This document shows, piece by piece, positions 24,234 through 32,853 of a DNA stretch of 64,000 nucleotides. Under the pieces are notes generated by a model. That model saw nothing but the letters and a program-made list of their open reading frames with translations. It did not search any database and was not told the DNA's origin. Every line of letters begins with the position of its first letter. Position 1 is the stretch's first letter. Position numbers and translations under genes: made by a program. This DNA comes from Candidatus Hydrogenedentota bacterium (GTDB lineage Bacteria > Hydrogenedentota > Hydrogenedentia > Hydrogenedentales > SLHB01), in contig JACRLJ010000022.1 of NCBI GenBank assembly GCA_016215105.1, positions 3,407 through 67,406 on the forward strand, given 5' to 3'.

Positions 24234-24785
24234 ATGAGAACAAACTGCATCGCTGCGATCATAGTACTGGCGGCCATTGTCCTGCCGACGGTCGTACTCG
24301 GTATAACGTCACCGAACGCGCAAGCAGACCAGCCCGGCGCGGCGCAAACGAACGCGCCAGCAGGTACCGCGCCGGTTAAGGCGCCGATGTCGGCCTGTCC
24401 CATGTGCTCTATGGCGGAAGGCGTGGCAACAAGCAAAGACATGCCTCCGGCCATGAAGCAGCACTGCGACATGATGATAAAAGCCGAACTGTCGAAGGAC
24501 GACGCGTCGTGCCTTCTTGCGCTCAAGCAGGAGCTGAAGCTCACGCCGGAGCAGGTTCAACAGCTCGACCAGATCCTCAAGGAGAGCAGGGAAAAGGCGG
24601 CCGCCCTGCTTACGCCCGAGCAGCAGAAATCCCTGGTGGAATGCACAGGGCAGCCGATGTCCATGAAGACAATGCACTCAAGAATGCACGGGACGACGAT
24701 GCAGAAGATGGATAGTCCCGCCAAGATGACACCGAAGGATAAGGAGGCGGAGAAGCCGGAAGGCGCCGCTTCGTCTGCTAAGTAA
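24234..24785 (+). CDS. Met-rich periplasmic protein with Spy/CpxP/ZraP-like LTPEQ helices
   Basis: Signal MRTNCIAAIIVLAAIVLPTVVLG. Met/Cys cluster MSACPMCSM...MPPAMKQHCDMM. LKLTPEQVQQLDQILKESREKAAALLTPEQQKSL. Confidence 0.6.
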   Translation: MRTNCIAAIIVLAAIVLPTVVLGITSPNAQADQPGAAQTNAPAGTAPVKAPMSACPMCSMAEGVATSKDMPPAMKQHCDMMIKAELSKDDASCLLALKQELKLTPEQVQQLDQILKESREKAAALLTPEQQKSLVECTGQPMSMKTMHSRMHGTTMQKMDSPAKMTPKDKEAEKPEGAASSAK

Positions 24786-24810
24786 CCGTTTCAGTGCGAG
24801 AGGAGAAAGA

Positions 24811-25203
24811 ATGAACCCGAAGACACAAGATAACCTGTTGAAAGCGATGCACGGCGAGGCGTTTGCTTTCGTGAAATATACGCTGTTTGCCCAGAAAGCC
24901 CGGCAGAACGGCCGCGAAGAACTCGCCGCTCTGTTCGAGACTACGGCCCAGATCGAGCGCCTCGAGCACTTTGCCGAAGAGGCCGAACTGGCCGGGTTGG
25001 TGGGCAACGATGACGACAACTTGCGCGACGCGATCCAAGGCGAGTCGTATGAGGTGGACACGATGTACCGCGAGTTCGCCGAGCAAGCTTCCGCCGCCGG
25101 GGACGCGGACGCTGCTGCCCGGTTCGCCGAGGTGGGCCGGGACGAGATGGGGCATCGCGACGCCTTCAAGGCCGCCCTGCAAAAGATCAAGCTCGCCAGG
25201 TAG
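24811..25203 (+). CDS. Rubrerythrin-family ferritin-like diiron protein (no rubredoxin domain)
   Basis: Two E...ExxH halves: GEAFAF...ERLEHF and GESYEV...DEMGHRDAF. Confidence 0.85.
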   Translation: MNPKTQDNLLKAMHGEAFAFVKYTLFAQKARQNGREELAALFETTAQIERLEHFAEEAELAGLVGNDDDNLRDAIQGESYEVDTMYREFAEQASAAGDADAAARFAEVGRDEMGHRDAFKAALQKIKLAR

Positions 25204-25331
25204 GTGAACGAAACAGTTGAATTCAAGACATGAACTACACGCCGCGTTTCTAGAGTACGCCTAGAGTACGCCCGTGAATACAGGGTTTATCCCGGACAGG
25301 AAGGCCGATCCGCGCCCTCTTCCCGACCCAA

Positions 25332-25374
25332 GTCCCTGCGCGATTCCCACCCCCAATCCCAATCGCGCAGGGAC
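25332..25374. other. 14-bp perfect inverted repeat with 15-nt C-rich loop
   Basis: GTCCCTGCGCGATT (25332..25345) and AATCGCGCAGGGAC (25361..25374). Confidence 0.7.
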
Positions 25375-25460
25375 ACCCTCTCTAAAGCTGGTGGGTCTGA
25401 AAGCCCGTATGGACTGCGGTGGTGTGGATGGACCTCGGCGTTTGCACGGGCTCGGCGAGT

Positions 25461-25515
25461 ATTTACCGAAGTCCTGCCGAGTTATTGCCGAAGATTTGCC
25501 GGAGTCTGGCCTACT
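25461..25515 (+). promoter_or_regulatory. Phased 11-bp direct-repeat array (3 strong plus 2 weak units) upstream of 25585
   Basis: Units at 25461, 25472, 25483, 25494, 25505: ATTTAC, TCCTGC, TATTGC, ATTTGC, TCTGGC. Confidence 0.55.
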
Positions 25516-25584
25516 GGTCGAAAACGGGCATGCGTCGCAAGCGAGACTGTCGCCGCTGGGCACGTTCTCAATAAGGAGAAAGTC

Positions 25585-25836
25585 ATGAGTGAATGCTATA
25601 AGCGCACTGGCGCCAGGTATGGAATCGACAATCGAGGGCTATGCTCGCACGCGGAGGCCAATGGATTGGGGGAAGTTCTTGCCGCGCTCAACTGGCATGT
25701 AGGAGAGGCCCGCGTAATCGACGGGCGGAGCCAGACCGTGGCCCTTGCCGGCACGGTAGACGAGGTGCAGAACTCGATAAGCGGTCTATCTCCATGCCAG
25801 GGAGTACCCGCCCGCGAGGCGGTCGAAAAGCGGTAG
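25585..25836 (+). CDS. Hypothetical protein (83 aa)
   Basis: Strong RBS AAGGAG 7 nt before the ATG. No family recognised. Confidence 0.45.
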   Translation: MSECYKRTGARYGIDNRGLCSHAEANGLGEVLAALNWHVGEARVIDGRSQTVALAGTVDEVQNSISGLSPCQGVPAREAVEKR

Positions 25837-25857
25837 CGTTCGAGAGTATGGGAGTTC

Positions 25858-26223
25858 ATGCACGAGCACGGGGAATCAGCCGATATGAGCGTCCGGTGTC
25901 TTGATGGAGTCAGGGATACGATCTATCGCGAAGAAGGTGTGGTCGCCACACGGTCAACGGCTGGATTCTGTATTCGAGTGCCTTACCCCGTTTCCTCGCA
26001 TCACCAATTTGGTATTGCCGGGGCACTGTGGGAAATTTGGGCCGCGATACGCGATCAAGTAGTGGATTCAGACCACGAGTGCATCGTGGATGTATCCGCG
26101 GTCGAGAACTTGCCGCTCCCGCTCATCTACGTCTTGGCGGCGATGGACGGCGATATGAATCAAGCCGGCCGCAAACTCATTTCCGTTGGCGCAAGACAGG
26201 GAGACCATCAGCGGTACACATGA
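25858..26223 (+). CDS. Hypothetical protein, weakly STAS/anti-sigma-antagonist-like
   Basis: IVDVSAVENLPLPLIYVLAAMDGDMNQAGRKLISVGAR resembles the STAS C-terminal pattern. This is a weak call. Confidence 0.3.
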   Translation: MHEHGESADMSVRCLDGVRDTIYREEGVVATRSTAGFCIRVPYPVSSHHQFGIAGALWEIWAAIRDQVVDSDHECIVDVSAVENLPLPLIYVLAAMDGDMNQAGRKLISVGARQGDHQRYT

Positions 26224-26290
26224 GAACTCCGGTGGCGGATGCGCGTGGCGAAACATCCGCGTCAACACAAAGAACGAAAGGATACGCAAC

Positions 26291-29005
26291 ATGTTTACAC
26301 GAAAAGCGCTGAGAGTGGGAGCGTCTGTCTTGGGATGTGCAGCATTGATTGTCGCCTTGGGCGGATGTCCGCGCGCGAGCGCGCCCACCGTGAGTTCCAC
26401 CGACCCCGCGAGTGGCGCGATCGGCGTACCGGTCAACAGGAACCTTGCCGTAACCTTCAGTGAGGCGATGAACCCTGCAACGATCACCCCAACGACATTC
26501 ACGTTGACGCAAGGAACAACGCCCGTACCAGGCACAGTGACCTACTCGGGCGTGACCGCGATCTTTAATCCCACCAACACCCTGGAGTCCAATACGCAGT
26601 ATACGGCCACGATTACCACCGGGGCCCAGGCCCAGCGTCGAATGTGCAAGGGTGACGAGGGTATTGCGCTCTTCCTCGTGGGCTTTCTACTTGCAGGACA
26701 TGCAAGTCAGGCACGAGCGGATAGCGCATTGGCAGAGAACTTTGTGTGGACCTTTACCACGGGTGAGTCCACAGACACCACGGCGCCGGCCGTCAGTTCC
26801 ACCGATCCCGCAAACGGAGCCACTGGCGTGCCGCCCGGCAGAAACCTCTCCGCCACTTTCAGCAAGGCAATGAACCCTCTGACGATTACCACTGCAACAT
26901 TCACCTTGAGGCACGGGACGACGCCCGTTGCAGGCACAGTGAGCTATGCGGGCATCACTGCGGTCTTTAACCCCACAGGATCGCTGCCCTCTAGTACCTT
27001 GTATACGGCCACAATTACGAGCGGAGCCACCGACCTGGCTGGGAATGCGCTGGCCAGTGATCACGTGTGGACCTTCACCACCGGCGCTTCTGCAGACACC
27101 ACAGCGCCCACCGTGAGTTCCACCAACCCTGTGAATGGCGCGATAGGTGTGCCGGTCAATATGAAGATCGCCGCTGCCTTCAGCGAGGCGATGGACCCAT
27201 TGACGATCAGCACGGCAACTTTTACCGTGATGCAAGGAACAACGCGCGTCGCGGGTACGGTGACCTATGCGGGCGTGACCGCGATCTTTACACCCACAGG
27301 CGGTCTGGCGTCCGGGACCCAATATACCGCCAGGATTACGAGCGCGGCAGAGGACTTGGCTGGGAACGCACTGACAGGTGGCCACGTGTGGACCTTTACC
27401 ACAGGCGGCGGCGCCGACACCACGGCGCCGGCGGTAAGTTCCACCGACCCTGCGAATAGCGCCACAGGCGTGCCTATCAATAAGAACCTCTCCGCTACCT
27501 TCAGTGAAGCGATGGCCCCCTTGACGATCTCCACCGCAACATTCACCTTGGAACAAGGGACGACGCCCGTCACTGGCACGGTGACCTACGCAGGAGTTAC
27601 CGCGGTCTTTAATCCCGCGAGCCCTCTCGCGGCCGACACTGAATACACCGCCACGATTACGAATGAGGCCGATGACCTCGCTGGAAACGCACTGGCGAGT
27701 GAACACGTGTGGAGCTTTACCACCGGAACCACCGCAGACACCACGGCGCCCACCGTGAACTCTACCGATCCCGCGGGTGGCGCGATAGACGTGTCCGTCA
27801 ACAAGAAGATCGCCGCCACCTTCAACGAGGCGATGAATCCCCTGACAATCACCACGACAACATTCACCCTGAAACACGGGACGACACCCGTTGCTGGCGC
27901 GGTCGGCTATGCAGGCGTTACCGCGACCTTCACACCCGCAACAACTCTGGCGCCCAACACGACCTATACGGCCACTGTTTTGATGGAAGCGACGGACGTG
28001 GCTGGGAACGGGCTGGCCGGTGACCATGTATGGACCTTCACCACCGGCGCCACGGCTGACGCCACCGCTCCCACAGTGAGTTCCGCCGATCCTATAGATA
28101 GCGCGATAGGCGTTCCGCTCAATAAGAAGGTCGCCGCCACCTTCAGCGAGGCGATGGACCCCTTGACCATTACCACGGCAACGTTCACCTTGGAGCAAGG
28201 GACGACGCCCGTTGCAGGCGCGGTAACCTATATGGGCATGACCGCGACCTTTACGCCGGCTGCCGCGTTGACAGCAGGTACAGAATATACCGCCACGATT
28301 ACGACCGGCGCCGAGGACCTGGCGGGGAACGCAGTCGCAAGTGACCACGTGTGGACCTTCACCACGGGAACAACGACGGCTCAAGTGGAGATAGACTTGG
28401 GATCGGCGAACGCGTTCGCGATACTGGCGGGCTCCACGGTCACCAACACTGGTCCTAGTATAGTCACCGGAGATCTGGGCGTGAGCCCTGGTACCGCCGT
28501 GGTGGGATTTCCGCCCGGAATACTGAACGGGGCTATATTCACAGGCGTTGCTTCCGCTGCTGGCCAAGCCAAACTCGACTTGACCGCCGCCTTTAACGAC
28601 GCCGCCGGACGCTCCGTAGGTCCGGTCTCCTTGCCGGGAGATCTAAGCGGGCTAACCCTATACCCTGGTCTCTACACTAACTCGACCTCGGTCATGCTAT
28701 CGGCTGGGAACGTCACTCTCGACGCGCAGGGTGACTCCAATGCGGTCTTTCTCTTCCAGATGGGTTCCACGCTCACCACGGGGGTTGGTACCCAAGTGGT
28801 CCTGAGCGGTGGCGCCAAGGCTGCCAACGTCTACTGGCAGGTTGGCGCGTCGGCGACGCTGGGAACGAATTCTATCTTCAAGGGAAACATACTGGCCAGC
28901 GCGTCAGTCACGTTGACTACCGGAACCGCGCTGGAAGGCAGAGCGCTGACACAGACTGCCGCGGTTACATTGGACGATTCCGCTATCACAGTTCCTGCCC
29001 CGTAA
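26291..29005 (+). CDS. Lipoprotein with six Ig-like (SbsA/Big_5-type) repeats and C-terminal ice-binding-like DUF3494 domain
   Basis: Lipobox VLGCAALIVALGGC. Six ~105-aa units. The C-terminal IDLGSANAFAILAGSTVTNTGPSIVTGDLGVSPGTAVVGFPPG matches the DUF3494 N-terminal signature. Confidence 0.9.
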   Translation: MFTRKALRVGASVLGCAALIVALGGCPRASAPTVSSTDPASGAIGVPVNRNLAVTFSEAMNPATITPTTFTLTQGTTPVPGTVTYSGVTAIFNPTNTLESNTQYTATITTGAQAQRRMCKGDEGIALFLVGFLLAGHASQARADSALAENFVWTFTTGESTDTTAPAVSSTDPANGATGVPPGRNLSATFSKAMNPLTITTATFTLRHGTTPVAGTVSYAGITAVFNPTGSLPSSTLYTATITSGATDLAGNALASDHVWTFTTGASADTTAPTVSSTNPVNGAIGVPVNMKIAAAFSEAMDPLTISTATFTVMQGTTRVAGTVTYAGVTAIFTPTGGLASGTQYTARITSAAEDLAGNALTGGHVWTFTTGGGADTTAPAVSSTDPANSATGVPINKNLSATFSEAMAPLTISTATFTLEQGTTPVTGTVTYAGVTAVFNPASPLAADTEYTATITNEADDLAGNALASEHVWSFTTGTTADTTAPTVNSTDPAGGAIDVSVNKKIAATFNEAMNPLTITTTTFTLKHGTTPVAGAVGYAGVTATFTPATTLAPNTTYTATVLMEATDVAGNGLAGDHVWTFTTGATADATAPTVSSADPIDSAIGVPLNKKVAATFSEAMDPLTITTATFTLEQGTTPVAGAVTYMGMTATFTPAAALTAGTEYTATITTGAEDLAGNAVASDHVWTFTTGTTTAQVEIDLGSANAFAILAGSTVTNTGPSIVTGDLGVSPGTAVVGFPPGILNGAIFTGVASAAGQAKLDLTAAFNDAAGRSVGPVSLPGDLSGLTLYPGLYTNSTSVMLSAGNVTLDAQGDSNAVFLFQMGSTLTTGVGTQVVLSGGAKAANVYWQVGASATLGTNSIFKGNILASASVTLTTGTALEGRALTQTAAVTLDDSAITVPAP
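26381..28379 (+). repeat. Six tandem ~315-nt coding repeats
   Basis: Each unit reads TAP.VSSTDP..GA.GVP.N....ATFSEAM.PLTI.TATFTL..GTTPVAGTVTYAGVTA.F.P...L...T.YTATIT..A.DLAGNALA.DHVWTFTTG. Unit 1 carries an extra in-frame ~28-aa insert. Confidence 0.9.
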
Positions 29006-29496
29006 GGCACGACGAATTCAGTTTGGAAGTAGGGAAGGTCCACCTCACGCGGACCTTCCCGCAGTGGAAAGAACTTGCGCCAATAGGAATGGGAACTCCG
29101 GTGGCGCCGCATTCAGCGGGCGCCGGTTCACATACAGGGCGCTTCTGCGCGGGACATTGGGCTGCCTGTCCCCGGACGCGCCCAGTCTCTGCGCGAACCC
29201 ACGCGGTTCGCGCAGGGGCGATCCTGTCAATGGAGCGGTACGTGGCTAGGGTTTGCTAAGGGCGCTTTTCAACACAACCAAATGAAAGGGACTACCACGT
29301 GGAACTCGAATCCTTGCGTGATTTGTTCGTGGTGGCGCAGAGGGCCAAACGGTACGACACAGCCGGGTTTGGGGGCGTGCGGACGCCGGCGCATGTGCGT
29401 CGGTTTGAAGAGACGGCCGGCTTACTTGATGAGACGCGCGAAATTCCACTGCTCACCACGTCGGAAAGGTCGGATCCACTTCCAGGGCCGTCGGAG

Positions 29497-29541
29497 GTTT
29501 AGTCAAAGCTTTACCAGTACTTTGCCCGAAATTTGTGTGCG
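29497..29541 (+). promoter_or_regulatory. Phased direct-repeat array (3-4 units) upstream of PEP-CTERM gene
   Basis: GTTTAG at 29497 (12-bp step), then CTTTAC at 29509, CTTTGC at 29520 and ATTTGT at 29531. -10-like TGAAAT at 29547..29552. Confidence 0.6.
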
Positions 29542-29657
29542 TGTGGTGAAATGTACGCCGACAAGAGAGGCGCTGGTGACCGATGTGGTTGCCGCAAAAT
29601 GGGTTTTGGCAGTGCGGATGCTTCTAGCGATCCGCAGGCCAGTGAAAGGAGCTAATT

Positions 29658-30218
29658 ATGGATTTGAGATTGCATTGTCGAAGCCGGGGCTACGTGCCCG
29701 CCGGCGTAATGGGATTGGCGCTAATCATCGCGGGCATTCTCAGTCCGACGGCGTTGGCCACGAGCATAACGGACGTATGGGCGCCGACAACGTCGGATAC
29801 CACGGAGGTGAACCTGTATCAGGTGTACAACAGTATCTTTGCAACGAGTTACGCGAGTAGCAATGCCATACCGCAAGTGAGCCCGGATGAGATCTTCAAT
29901 CTCCTCGGTGGCGCGGCGGTTGTCACGGCGCAAGCTCGGTATGCCGGCCTGGGTCAGCAATTTGGCTACTATCAGCCGACAGATAGCAGAAATGGCGAAG
30001 ACCACATGGTTACGCTAGCCACGGCCGATCCCAATACCTTCTTGCTGGCCTTTGAAGACCTGCCCTTCGCGCTCTCCGACCGTGACTTCAATGACTTGGT
30101 GATCGAAGTGACAGTCCGGCCTGGGAACATCGTTCCGGAGCCCGCATCTATTTCGCTCCTGGGAATCGGCATCGCCGGTATGGTTCTTCGGAAATATCGT
30201 GGTAAGAAGACCGCATAG
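29658..30218 (+). CDS. PEP-CTERM sorting-domain protein with DUF4114-like region
   Basis: C-terminus VPEPASISLLGIGIAGMVLRKYRGKK (PEP motif, TM helix, basic tail). LSDRDFNDLVIEV resembles DUF4114. RBS AAAGGAG. Confidence 0.85.
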   Translation: MDLRLHCRSRGYVPAGVMGLALIIAGILSPTALATSITDVWAPTTSDTTEVNLYQVYNSIFATSYASSNAIPQVSPDEIFNLLGGAAVVTAQARYAGLGQQFGYYQPTDSRNGEDHMVTLATADPNTFLLAFEDLPFALSDRDFNDLVIEVTVRPGNIVPEPASISLLGIGIAGMVLRKYRGKKTA

Positions 30219-30443
30219 CGCCATGCAATCGCGCGGACTCGTTGAAACTGGACGCGTGAAGCAAGTGTACTTCAGACGCTGTGAACGCAGACCTGCCTGG
30301 GTCTGCGTTCACGTTCCCATGCCGATCCCTTCAGCAGCGGGCACGAACCAGTTTCTGTTGTTCGGCAACAATCGCGAGGAATAACCCGCGTCCTACAGAG
30401 CACTGCTGAAATCGCAAAACGATATTGTTGAAGGAGAACCATC

Positions 30444-30704
30444 GTGAATTGGGATCGCATTCAGGGCAATTGGAAACAGATCGCCGGCAAGGCGAAGACG
30501 AACTGGGGCAAACTGACCCACGATGACCAGATTACCTCTAGCGGGAGGAGTGAACGGCGCGCCGGGAAACGCCAGGCGCAGTATGGCCGCGAAGAAGAGC
30601 AAGCGGCGAGAGAATTTGACGCGTTTCACGAGGCCACTAGGATCACGGGCCGAGCCAGTTTTCCGGCCACAGTGTCCGACGACGAAAGCGCGAGGAAGTG
30701 CTGA
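30444..30704 (+). CDS. CsbD-family stress protein
   Basis: GTG start with RBS AAGGAG. NWDRIQGNWKQIAGKAKTNWGKLTHDD is the CsbD signature. Confidence 0.8.
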   Translation: MNWDRIQGNWKQIAGKAKTNWGKLTHDDQITSSGRSERRAGKRQAQYGREEEQAAREFDAFHEATRITGRASFPATVSDDESARKC

Positions 30705-30721
30705 AGGAAAGGTTTCACATC

Positions 30722-31867
30722 ATGGCCGCACCAATGCCTATCAACCCGCCGGCGCCGCGAATCAAAGAGATCTCCCTGCGCAAGATTCTCGCCTATGCGC
30801 TCGAACATAGGGCGTCTGACATCCACTTGAAAGTGGCGCGGCCGCCCGCCATTCGGGTAGACAGCGTGCTGAAATTCACGCGCATACCCGAACTGACGGA
30901 CGACGACATGTTGCGATTCCTGGACGAGATTATGAATCCGCAGCAGAAACAGCGCTTCCTGGAATCCGGAGACGCCGACCTCGCGGTGACCGTTACGGAC
31001 CTGGGAAGGTTTCGCGCAAATTGCTACCGGCAGCGGGGCTCGATCGCCATAGCCCTCCGATGTGTCAAGTCCGATATTCCGGACTTTCAGGCGCTGAATC
31101 TACCTGAGAAGGCGATGGAACGCATCGCATCGCTTCCCCGCGGCCTGGTCCTCATCACTGGAACAACGAGCAGTGGAAAATCGACCACGCTGGCCGCGCT
31201 CATCGACCGAATCAACGCGACTCGCCAAAGCCACATCGTGACGCTTGAGGACCCCATCGAGTACTTGCACTCCGACAAACAGTGCAGCGTAAGCCAACGC
31301 GAGGTCTCGATAGATACAAAGGACTTCGCGACGGGACTGCGGGCCATCATGCGCGAAGACCCAAACGTGATCCTGATTGGCGAAATGCGCGATATGGAGA
31401 CGTTCCATACCTGCCTTGGCGCGGCGGAGACCGGTCACCTCGTATTCAGCACACTGCACACGACGAATGTCACTATGACTATTGACCGCATACTGGACAT
31501 GTTTCCTCCGGACCAGCACGGGCAGATTAGGTCGCAGCTTGCGGTACAACTCCGCGCCATCGTTTCCCTGCGCCTCTTGCCGGTTGCCGAAGGAAATGGC
31601 CGCGTTCCGGCTGTGGAGGTCATGTTCAACAGCCCGGGTATCGCGTCACTAATCCGCGATAACGATATTGACCGGATACCGAATGCCATCGCTGATGGCG
31701 CCGAAGACGGAATGCAAACCTTCAATATGGCTCTTGTCAATCTCGTAAAGGAAAAGACTGTTACGCTCGTGACAGCTGAACTGGCTTCGGACAACCCGGA
31801 TGCGCTCAAGATGAATCTTCAAGGTATCTTTGGGAGCAGGGACCGCGGTGGGATTTCCAAGAGATAG
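30722..31867 (+). CDS. pilT: PilT-family type IV pilus retraction ATPase (orphan)
   Basis: ASDIHLKV...; Walker A GTTSSGKSTT; IVTLEDPIEY; ILIGEMRD; His box GHLVFSTLHT. No other pil genes in the window. Confidence 0.9.
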   Translation: MAAPMPINPPAPRIKEISLRKILAYALEHRASDIHLKVARPPAIRVDSVLKFTRIPELTDDDMLRFLDEIMNPQQKQRFLESGDADLAVTVTDLGRFRANCYRQRGSIAIALRCVKSDIPDFQALNLPEKAMERIASLPRGLVLITGTTSSGKSTTLAALIDRINATRQSHIVTLEDPIEYLHSDKQCSVSQREVSIDTKDFATGLRAIMREDPNVILIGEMRDMETFHTCLGAAETGHLVFSTLHTTNVTMTIDRILDMFPPDQHGQIRSQLAVQLRAIVSLRLLPVAEGNGRVPAVEVMFNSPGIASLIRDNDIDRIPNAIADGAEDGMQTFNMALVNLVKEKTVTLVTAELASDNPDALKMNLQGIFGSRDRGGISKR

Positions 31868-31901
31868 GTCAGATGCTTGCCGAAGACAAGGGAGATACTC
31901 A

Positions 31902-32039
31902 ATGGGTGACAGAAGTCAAAAAGACAAGAACAAGGGGCAGAAACAAAAAGCCGTAAAAGTGGCGGAGAAAGTGCAGAAGAAGAAGGATAAACAAGAGGCC
32001 GCGCCGCGTCAAAAAAACTTCGTCCTCGTCGGCTTCTGA
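31902..32039 (+). CDS. Candidate 45-aa Lys-rich protein
   Basis: RBS GGGAGA. Product: MGDRSQKDKNKGQKQKAVKVAEKVQKKKDKQEAAPRQKNFVLVGF. No family recognised. Confidence 0.3.
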   Translation: MGDRSQKDKNKGQKQKAVKVAEKVQKKKDKQEAAPRQKNFVLVGF

Positions 32040-32212
32040 GATAGCCTCGGAAAACGCCTCCGCCATGCCGATCTCGTTCACGACCCGTCCAGAATATTCG
32101 CGTTTTCCAAACGCGCCTGAGTCTTTGTCAAACAAGTACACCTGTTGACGTTCGCCGTCGTGCCGCGACGACGTGGAGACTCCGTCAATCGTAAGGCGAG
32201 TCTCGTAGATAA

Positions 32213-32256
32213 GTTTACTAAGGCTTTACGAGTTCTTTGCCCGGCGTCTACGTTAG
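32213..32256 (+). promoter_or_regulatory. Phased 11-bp direct-repeat array (4 units) upstream of the CsbD/DUF883 run
   Basis: Units at 32213, 32224, 32235, 32246: GTTTAC, CTTTAC, CTTTGC, GTCTAC. -10-like TTAATG at 32263..32268. Confidence 0.65.
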
Positions 32257-32269
32257 TCTGGCTTAATGA

Positions 32270-32500
32270 CTAGTAGTTGAACGGACGCGCACGCACGTGT
32301 ACGGCATTTGTCAACGGATTGCCGGTCATGGCGAATATGAAGGCTGAATTGCTGAATTCCGAAGCGTCAACAGCTTCTTTGTCCGCAACTTCCACGTTGT
32401 TCGCGTAGATGTTGCGGACAAAGAAGTCATACCAATGACTCTGCCGTTGCGGCCGGGCCGCCTTAGGGTCTTTCGATGACTTAGATAGCGTCGCCTTCAT
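32270..32500 (-). CDS. Hypothetical protein (76 aa), uncertain
   Basis: ORF only, with no convincing RBS. It lies between the repeat array and the CsbD gene on the opposite strand, so it may instead be a long 5-prime UTR. Confidence 0.3.
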   Translation of the reverse strand: MKATLSKSSKDPKAARPQRQSHWYDFFVRNIYANNVEVADKEAVDASEFSNSAFIFAMTGNPLTNAVHVRARPFNY

Positions 32501-32565
32501 ACGACGGCGACTTGGTGAGTTGGATGCAGGAGAACCGGAGGCCGCTAACTCCGAGGAGGTACGTC

Positions 32566-32763
32566 ATGAACTGGGATCAAATCAAGGGCAACTGGAAACA
32601 GTTGAAGGGCAGAGCCAAAGAGAAATGGGGCAAAGTGACGAATAGCGACCGGACCATCATCGCCGGGCAGCGCGACCAGCTTACGGGCAACCTTCAGCAC
32701 GGCTACGGTGTCGGGAAGGAAAAGATCGAAGAGGCGGTAGACAAACTTACCGGATCGATGTAA
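32566..32763 (+). CDS. CsbD-family stress protein
   Basis: ATG at 32566 after RBS GAGGAGG. MNWDQIKGNWKQLKGRAKEKWGKVTNSD. Confidence 0.85.
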   Translation: MNWDQIKGNWKQLKGRAKEKWGKVTNSDRTIIAGQRDQLTGNLQHGYGVGKEKIEEAVDKLTGSM

Positions 32764-32853
32764 TCGCGGAAATGTTTCCGTGAAATATCTACGTGAACCA
32801 TGGCGCAACCCCCGCGAGCCTGCACGCGCCGGCCAGGGAGTTCCCACACAGTT

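Noticed and set aside
25250-25271. Exact 11-nt tandem duplication CTAGAGTACGC x2
   Set aside because: It is real in the sequence and contains CTAG like the MITE ends. But it is only two units, with no similarity to the element body or to the TTTAC arrays, and is too short to interpret.
26687-28567. 626-aa ORF on the minus strand
   Set aside because: It lies entirely antisense to the six Ig-like repeats. The product is an Arg/Gly/Cys-rich, repeat-shadow sequence with no domain pattern. This is a typical antisense open frame in GC-rich repetitive coding DNA.
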